From the NCBI GenBank assembly GCA_905250055.1, contig CAJNOF010000082.1, positions 226,458 through 244,521 of the forward strand: a stretch of DNA of 18,064 nucleotides, in the 5' to 3' direction. The stretch is from Rotaria sp. Taxonomy: Eukaryota. The notes under the pieces are model-generated. The model was not told the DNA's origin. It searched no databases and saw only the letters and a program-made list of their open reading frames with translations. Position numbers and translations under genes: made by a program. Of this stretch, positions 10,525 through 18,064 are shown in pieces. The first letter of the stretch is position 1, and every line of letters starts with the position of its first letter.

Positions 10525-11141
10525 AGGATTCGTTCATAGTGTGAATATTTTTTTTTATCTGCGTATGTAAGTATAGTGGATTAAATAAGGATTTAACAAG
10601 TCGAAGTCTTACCAAGATATTCCAATCGAATCTACATGTAATGTACGTAATAGACATTCTGACTCAATTCTTTTTTGAAATAATACGTCCATGTGATTTG
10701 TACCTACATTATATAATCATCTTTAGTTGCTTTCCTTTTATCCATAGAAGTTTGTTTTGGATCGTGTGAATTCATTTCTAGATTCGAATTTTCTTTTTTC
10801 TTCATAGATGAAAAACTATCGAAACAGAATATATAGAATGATTATCATGATCACGTGAAATAGGAGATTGCTGATGACCAACATTTGCTTTTGTTGAAAA
10901 ACAGATCATAATACCATAAAGATGCGTCAACTTTTATTTGTATGTATATGACATAAATCATAAAAGTCATGATGTTAAATTACTCGACGGTTATTTATTA
11001 TTTTATTTTTGTTTGACAATATAGATACACAAAAAAGCATTGAATGATTCTCATTCATCTTTTTAAAGCATCACTAATGTCAATAAAAAAAAAGAAGGTT
11101 CGTCGAACGGAGAATAGATATAAAGTGAATGTAATTGCAAT

Positions 11142-13455
11142 CTATTTAATCTGCACACCAGACATTATGTTAGGCAGCTCCATGAGTTGATGGTTTGCCC
11201 TTTTTAATTTATAGGATAATATTTGAGAAGCCGTATGTATCTCATTCTGTTCTGTAACAGCATTTGCCATATTTCTGATAGGTACAACGCGAATATTCCA
11301 ACGTCCGAAACATATTATGAATAATGAATGTACTAGATTAAATAGTTCAATTCGAAAAGTACCCGATGCTAATATATATAAATAGAATGCTGAAACAGGA
11401 AATAGAAACACACATAATTCAGCGGAAAAAAATGCAAATTTTTCAATAGCTAAACGATCAGGTGACTTATTTGGAACATTACTAGTTATAGCAGCGTAAA
11501 GTGTATAAATAAATTGAGGTGATTGAACAATACAATAAACAATGACTTGTATAAATAGCATGGCTAATGCATTTTGATCACGTGTACGCTGAAGATGTGT
11601 ATTAGTACTTTGTTGAGTAGAAAGAATACTAGCATGTATCTGTTGTTCATGTATATCTCGTTTGGTTGCAAGATTACGTCGAATGAGTAAAGCACTTACA
11701 ATCATAATTGTTGCAGGAAAGATACCCCCCGTAGTTAACAAATAGATACTGTGATAGAGTGCCGCTGCTCGATTATATACGATAGCACAAATACCAGCCG
11801 CTTCACGTATCTCATAGAATATTAATGTATGAATAGGTAAGACAAGCCAAACGCCAATAACAATAAGAATCACCCGACGTGCTACATGTACTTGTGCAAA
11901 TCTTCGTACACGAACATTTCTTGAACTTAATGCATATCGATCGAGACAAGCCATAGTTATCATCCAACGTCCCATCATCATAGTTGACTGCAATATATAG
12001 AGACGTGCCTTACAAAATGCACGTATTGTTGTAATTGGATCTGGATGATTGAGTGAATAGAGATAAGTACCACAACTCAAAGCTATAGTTATGATCAATA
12101 TTGTTGATGCGCCCAAAAAGTCTACAAAGAACAAATTTATAATGATCAGCAACACGAGTGATATTGTTTTTGACATTTTAATTCCGTAGAAAATGCGCTA
12201 ATAGCTATTTGTTTTTAAATTTTCTATGAAAACCAAGTTCACGTAGATTTATTAACCTTTTTTCACATTTGTTCAGTGATTTCATATATTAAACAGTTTA
12301 AATCGAAAGTATAGTGGAACGAGAAAAACTTATATGAACAAGAAGCAAAGGTTTTATTGCTCTTTGTAAAAAAAAAATAGAAAAGCAATTAACTCACTTA
12401 TACTATGTTGAGAAAACTAGCTTGAACACTTTTGAATTATAATCAACGCGAAAATATGTTTACATTTCTTTAGAAATAGAGTTGTAAGACATCGGGGACA
12501 CTTCAAAAATGAGTGCTAGGTATGTTGAGTCAATAGATCTGTCAGTTAAAAAAACATTAATTCATAAATATTAGGTGGCTCTTATCATGCATGAATCATT
12601 CTGACATATTAATAATTACTCTACAGCGTGGCAGCTTGTCAAAAAAACTCTCTCGTTCTTTAAGATGCTACCTACGCTGAAATTTAGAATGTAGGCATTA
12701 GTTACTATTTTATTTTTATAAAACCTAATGCAGCTAGAGGTGATCAATGTCGGAACTAAACTCAAAGTTCAAAGATTGAAAATCTAATGTAAAATATCTG
12801 CGAATATCTAAAGACTGTTATTCTCTTGAGATTAATGCTCTACAAATACGGCTATTCAGTTAGGAAAATTTTCCAATGATTATGATTTATCCTATGATTG
12901 AAACATTTCTGTTGTTACCTCTTGTCTACTTCATTGTATTTAATCTTACTATTCCCATTATATGTAAGATACAAATCAGTTGAACCTTATTATTGAGATT
13001 GATCATCGTAGTATTACAAACTGAAATAATTGATCAAAAATGAGTTCAATGTTTGGATATTGAAAAGGCTCGATAGAAACAAAAACTCCTTAATAAGATC
13101 AACAAAACTTATAGTTATCAGTCAATTAAACACGTTTGCATTGGTTTATATCAAGCTCCGAAATCCACTTTTGCAATAGACAACATTTTACACACTGATT
13201 TCTGTTTGATAGGATTCATCTTTTTGGAGAACGATCGAGTTTTAATCAATTAAAAGTATTTTATAGATATATTCTGTCTGATAATAATTTACACTTACAA
13301 TTACAGCATGATGTTACGCGAAATTGTCGTCGTGACAAGAGAATGACATTGAGTAAACAACCTGGTACACCGAATATGATCCATGCCGAGCAACCATAAC
13401 GAATTAATTGTTGTTGAACAATGGCTAGTGTTGTAATTATCGTTGATGAAGCCAT
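11142..13455 (-). CDS. Class-A (rhodopsin-like) 7TM receptor, orphan, 378 aa, two exons: 13299-13455 and 11142-12121 (minus strand)
   Basis: Exon 1 holds TM1 (YGCSAWIIFGVPGCLLNVILLSRRQFRVTSCCN); donor gtaagt on the minus strand; exon 2 follows ttctttgtag and restores frame as SCCN-Y-FLGASTILIITIALSCGTYL (TM2). TM3 then ends in CLDRYALSS (DRY), with hydrophobic TM4-TM7 segments. CDS 157+980 = 1137 nt. Confidence 0.85.
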
Positions 13456-13969
13456 TGTTGTGCATGAAAAAGTTCTCTTAGTTTTTCTGCTCCTTTGTTT
13501 TTGACAAACTCAAGCTGTGTAAAAAAAATACTGTTTTGAATAATAAAAGAAACGAAAACATGTGAAAGTTGAGACACGGAAGTGTTGAAAAGAAGAGAGA
13601 AACACTTCATATAATACATTTCAAAATATAATTAATGCAAGTAATAATGGCGTGAATAACTCAAAAGCTCGGTGATCTACTCGTTTGGCAGATGTTTAAA
13701 CAGTGAAATGGTTTTAAAATGGTTCAAAAAGTCATAAAAATAATGATGCAAAATTTTCATAACTAATAAATTCTACGCAAGGCACTAAAATAATTACTTT
13801 GAATAAAATGAGAATCGTGTCAAAAATAGAATGTTAATATCAGAAATAAAAACAGCCATTTTTAGACTATTTTAGTAACATTCTCCGTTGCCATATCTTC
13901 CTCAATGATTGTCCATTAGAATTATTTAAAACCTTCGTTGCCGTCTAAAATACCTTTTCTTATAACGAT

Positions 13970-14014
13970 GTGAGTATGGGTGTATTTGAAGAGAAGATCC
14001 ACAACCCACACCCT
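13970..14014. repeat. Telomere-like inverted motif pair (copy D)
   Basis: gtgagtatgggtgtat, then agaagatccacaacccacaccctc. Confidence 0.55.
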
Positions 14015-15970
14015 CAAACTTTCCTTTCTTTTCTCTTACACAGCACGATTGATTGGACTCAAACTATTTTTATGAACACTTCGATCAAGTTGCGGCACGT
14101 ATTTTGGTAGATTTTACAAAACTAGCACCATTTGAAAAAAAACTTATTTTTAATGGTTTTTTTAATAGCGTCTCTAGTGTTTTGCTTCTTTTTTCAAAGA
14201 AAAAAAAATACACACACACTCAAATCTGTTGCCACTTGTCGTAGTAAAATTTCAGCCCAAAAAAAGCGTAATGTAAATGTTTGGAGACGAGCAAAATTTC
14301 AGATCCTTTTTGGCTCTTGGCTTCTCAAGGTCTCTGGAAAAAAAAAGCATTTCGGAAGTTTGCATTTTTCACCAACTTTGTTCAATTCATCGAGATCTAT
14401 CTACCTTGAAAGTTTACAAAATTTTCGCCTCACTGTTCTCAAGAAACCTTGAAAAAAGGAGGGACTTGATTGCAGCAGAATTAAAGATTACATCTTATAT
14501 TTATATTATGTATGACATATGCAAGAGTCACAGCGATCTACGTCTCGAAATCAGCATAATAGACAATATATAACTCAAGAAACAAATCAGGAATTTAGAT
14601 AAAAGTTAGGACATTTAAAAACTGATGGTGATATTTCTGCCAAGGACCAAACCTGCATTAAAAATGAATGAAGTAAAGATTACTTGTTAAAATTACAACG
14701 TAAAAATGATTAAGGAAAAATCAACTATGTCATGGCATAATTTCTTGTTAAATATATACTTCCTATTCTGTTCTTTTCCCTTGCATTCTCTCTCTATGTT
14801 ATTATTAAATATCTAAGAATTTTATTCGCATGATGGAAAACATACTGAATAACAACAAAAATTAATTAGAAATTTTATTAGCGCAGTCTGTTGAAAGCTT
14901 AAATGCGAAATTCATAAATCTCCTTTAGCTTCATTATAGTAATTAACACAAAATACACAATGAATGAAATCTCTAAAAGATGATAATTCTCTTTCAATAA
15001 TGATGGATTGTCAACAAACTTTAATTCTTTTTTATTTCTACATGTTGAACAGAGGTTTTGTTTTCTTTTTTTTACATGCATTATTCTTTTCGTCTTCACT
15101 GTTGTTATTTGCTCGGTATTTTTCATTTTCATATTTCATTTTTCTTAATTTAAGATTTTTTTTATTAGTATAAGCATTAAATTAAATGGCACTTAAGGCT
15201 ATTGTAAATATTTCCGGTTTCTTAAATTTGTAATAGGAAGGAGAAGTGTTGAAACTTGGACTTAAAATCTACACCCAATATCTTTTTTGAAAATATAGAT
15301 GAATTCCCCACAATATCGATAGACAACGATGTCTTAATGTTGAATATGAACGGTTAGAAGAAAAAGAAATCCAGTTAATGTTAAGCTAGCTGATTTGGAA
15401 AATTAATTATTTGAAAGTAATCAAAATGGTGACAAATTACGAAAAAACAGAAAAAATGAATGATTGAAATAAATATAAATTGAACATAATCTTTTTGTTG
15501 TGAAAAATATTCTATAAATATTTCTATATAAGTTTTGAAGAAACACAGTACAATAAAAGAGCATGTCATAATCACGCAAATACTGTCGTATAGAGACCGA
15601 CCATAAAATATCAGCATTAAATCAGAATTTTCAATTATGAGAGGATAATTATGACACTTGAAAACAGTTAGAAAAATAAAAATCAGGAAAACAGTATCGC
15701 CGTGAGACCTCCATATGGCATTGCTTAATAAATATCGAAACGTCAGTCATAGACTACATTAGTCTGTCAGAAAAAGAAAAAAAAAACATCTCTTGAACAT
15801 GTCTGTCATTATACAGAACATCAATTTGAGTACTCAAACTTTCTAAATATTGTACTCATTTTATTTTGTAGTTTCTATTCAATAATTGAGTGGCGCAGGA
15901 CAGAATTTCACTTTCACTTCAATAGTTTCAAACGTAGATAAAAGTCCAATTTGTTCTGTAATATATTTAA

Positions 15971-16025
15971 TGCGTGGGTGTGGTTATCGATATGTTTGAG
16001 AGTGAAGTGAAGATCCATATCCACA
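15971..16025. repeat. Telomere-like inverted motif pair (copy E, degenerate)
   Basis: tgcgtgggtgtggtt, then gaagtgaagatccatatccaca. Confidence 0.45.
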
Positions 16026-16562
16026 GATTACTCAAAAACTCACGATGCATGTAACCACATCGTCTTTCAATGCTTTGATTTTCTGCGTTTTGTGAATTCT
16101 TCGATCTTCTCAAGTTTCTATATTGATGTCATATTCTATCTGTTTTTGCTTCTTTTTTATGTCATTATACTATCGCTTCTTGTTTTCATTTTATACTCTC
16201 TTCATATCATCATTTTTTTCTTTCTCTCTTCTTCTACTTGTTTATTTTTGAATGTGTATGGACCCACATGTTTGTCTGTGGAGAGCCATATTGCAGGCAT
16301 ATATGTTTTAGGCCTTCACTTATTCCATTATTATCAATATCTGTTTTATTCTGTTCACATTCTTTGGTTCTTTTTCTTTTTCTAAATCAGTACTCTTTTT
16401 GGATTATGTTGTTCAAGAAAAGGGTATCTTCTAATATGTAATGTGCGTGATTCTGCCATGTCAAATTCAGTACACTCTATATTAAAATTATTACTCATCT
16501 CTGTTAATACAAAAAGAACGTTACATGTTTTTTCTCTTCTTTCTCTATTTTATTAAAAAAAA

Positions 16563-17236
16563 ATGTCAGTGGAAAAAGCCGACCTTGGTTAATATTCTTA
16601 TAAGTCTTTATTGTTGCATGCCATCGAAAAAAATCAAAGATGAAGGCTTTAATAAAAATATTGCTAGTTTACTACTTAGTGAAAATGTTTGTATAAACGC
16701 TCTAACAGCCAATTTTTATGCAACTCTAAATGAAACTGATAAAATTAATATTGTTCGTCTTGAAAAAGGACTTCTTTTATTTATGTATGTTTATAAAATA
16801 GTGATTGGGAAGCTAGCAATTGAAATGACTTTTTAGAATCATCGTCTTTGTTTTTACATGATTAAAGATGGAAAATGTACTAAACTATTTGGTGAATGTT
16901 ATCATGAACATCAATCAACATATCGACAAACAAATCTTTGTTCTTTTTGGTATATAGATAATTCATGTAAAAACATGCCTCGACGTTTGGAAATCTCTTA
17001 ATTTTGAAGAACAATTAAGATATCGTCGTTTTATCAGTAGAGAAAATGAAGTGAATGTTTACAAATTTACTCAAAATATTGCTGGACATCATATTGATTC
17101 AGCAATCAAAGATTCAAATCATCAACAAGATCTATATAAAAATATCATTATCGTTAAGGTTCGTTTAGTACATATTCTAAGCTCTAAGCGAAAGAATTCA
17201 ATGGAACATCTGAATTTCTTGAAACCACAACAATGA
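16563..17236 (+). pseudogene. Decayed or frameshifted small spliced gene, function unknown
   Basis: Candidate exon ATGTCAGTGGAAAAAGCCGACCTTG (16563-16587), 52-nt GT-AG intron, then DEGFNKNIASLLLSENVCINALTANFYATLNETDKINIVRLEKGLLLFMY. Probable short intron to NHRLCFYMIKDGKCTKLFGECYHEHQSTYRQTNLCSFWYIDNSCKNMPRRLE, then a one-nucleotide frame change into NLFNFEEQLRYRRFISRENEVNVYKFTQNIAGHHIDSAIKDSNHQQDLYKN. Confidence 0.4.
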
Positions 17237-17655
17237 AGCAATTGATTCAAGTGGAACATCTTCTTGTTTAACTTGAAAAAGCCAATGATACTCCAGAAAT
17301 ATCCTTTGATCTTGCTTAGACTTTTAGTTTTTATTGGTACTGACGGACTGAAAATAAACAATGTATTTATCTTAATCAACTGTCATCTTGGAGTACATAT
17401 CTAATTTGACTTCCAAAATGAGTTAGATTTCCAAAGACATGGCAGGAAATATTGTAGCACCAGAGTCAAAGCTAAAGTTTTCAACTCAATGATTATTTAT
17501 AATTTCAAGTAACATTATTTTATATAACCATAGCTAAAAGTCAAAGCTGAAGCTCTTATCTCAATTATAATTTATAATTCCAATTAGCACTGTTTTATAT
17601 AAGCATAACCAAAAACCAAAATTCAAGTTTTTATTGCAATAATAATTGAATGGAT

Positions 17656-17911
17656 GGAAAAAGGCAGAAAGGAAAAATGTCGAAAGGGAAAAATATCGAA
17701 AATAAAAATGTTGAAAACAAAAAAATAACATGAATATGAACCAGTAAAGTTGAAGATGAGGGTGAGGGAGATTGATACTTCAATATACTCTCGTTTTCAT
17801 CACTTACATTCATCTAAATTTCTATTATTGTTGTTTTCGATATTTTCATTTTCGACATTTTTCCCTTTCGATATTTTTTCCTTTCGATATTTTTCCTTTC
17901 TGTCTTTTTCC
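17656..17911. repeat. Foldback element with imperfect arms (about 71 and 89 nt) built from a 15-16 nt unit
   Basis: Left arm ggaaaaaggcagaaaggaaaaatgtcgaaagggaaaaatatcgaaaataaaaatgttgaaaacaa; reverse complement of right arm ggaaaaagacagaaaggaaaaatatcgaaaggaaaaaatatcgaaagggaaaaatgtcgaaaatgaaaatatcgaaaacaa. Confidence 0.75.
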
Positions 17912-18064
17912 ACCATACCTAATAATTCACAAGTGAATTAGGACTACTCTATTTCAGAACAGCCATATAGTTCAAGTGTTTATGCCAATTATAATTAGAT
18001 ATTTCGAATAGATGTAGGCTCTTTACTGTAAAAGATAGCTGCCATTTTGAACATTGAATATAAA

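Noticed and set aside
14290-14460. Two similar stretches (caaaatttcagatcc...ttctcaaggtctctggaaaa and caaaattttcgcctc...ttctcaagaaaccttgaaaa) inside weak ORFs
   Set aside because: The match is short and gapped in biased sequence. I cannot separate a diverged repeat from chance.
15570-15710. Possible direct repeat (actgtcgtatagagaccgaccata versus agtatcgccgtgagacctccata)
   Set aside because: Too short and mismatched without a computed alignment score.
16092-16441. T-rich ORFs with runs of Phe/Leu
   Set aside because: Low-complexity pyrimidine-rich DNA gives hydrophobic peptides by chance. No domain or splice support.
1-18064. CRISPR array, rRNA or prokaryotic operon
   Set aside because: No regularly spaced conserved repeats, no rRNA core motifs, and genes are interrupted by GT-AG introns.

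Overview
AT-rich eukaryotic window with compact spliced genes. Most introns are 50-65 nt; two are longer (412 and 1177 nt). The gene content and the scattered TGTGGG-type motifs suggest a bdelloid rotifer, but that is inference. I can support five gene-like items: (1) a five-exon + strand gene (3078-5472) for a secreted-signal, single-pass membrane protein of 713 aa; (2) a - strand tRNA gene (6635-6705) with a Gly-like body but a GAC (Val) anticodon; (3) a two-exon + strand gene (8000-9794) for a 460-aa FAD-dependent oxidoreductase of the DAO/GlpA/L2HGDH type, a possible horizontally acquired gene; (4) a two-exon - strand gene (13455-11142) for a 378-aa class-A-like 7TM receptor whose split TM1/TM2 region I could rejoin in frame; (5) a decayed or mis-assembled small gene (about 16563-17236). 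The non-coding DNA is rich in inverted structures: a palindrome of about 550 bp (about 5600-6155), a 710-bp TCGGT-rich element with 17-bp TIR-like ends (7047-7756), a foldback element with a 15-16 nt internal unit (17656-17911), and at least five intergenic clusters of telomere-like GGGTGTGG/CCACACCC inverted motifs. No CRISPR, rRNA or prokaryotic operon was seen. I found no convincing evidence for a wholly new biological system. The best leads are the odd tRNA and the recurrent telomere-like inverted motifs.
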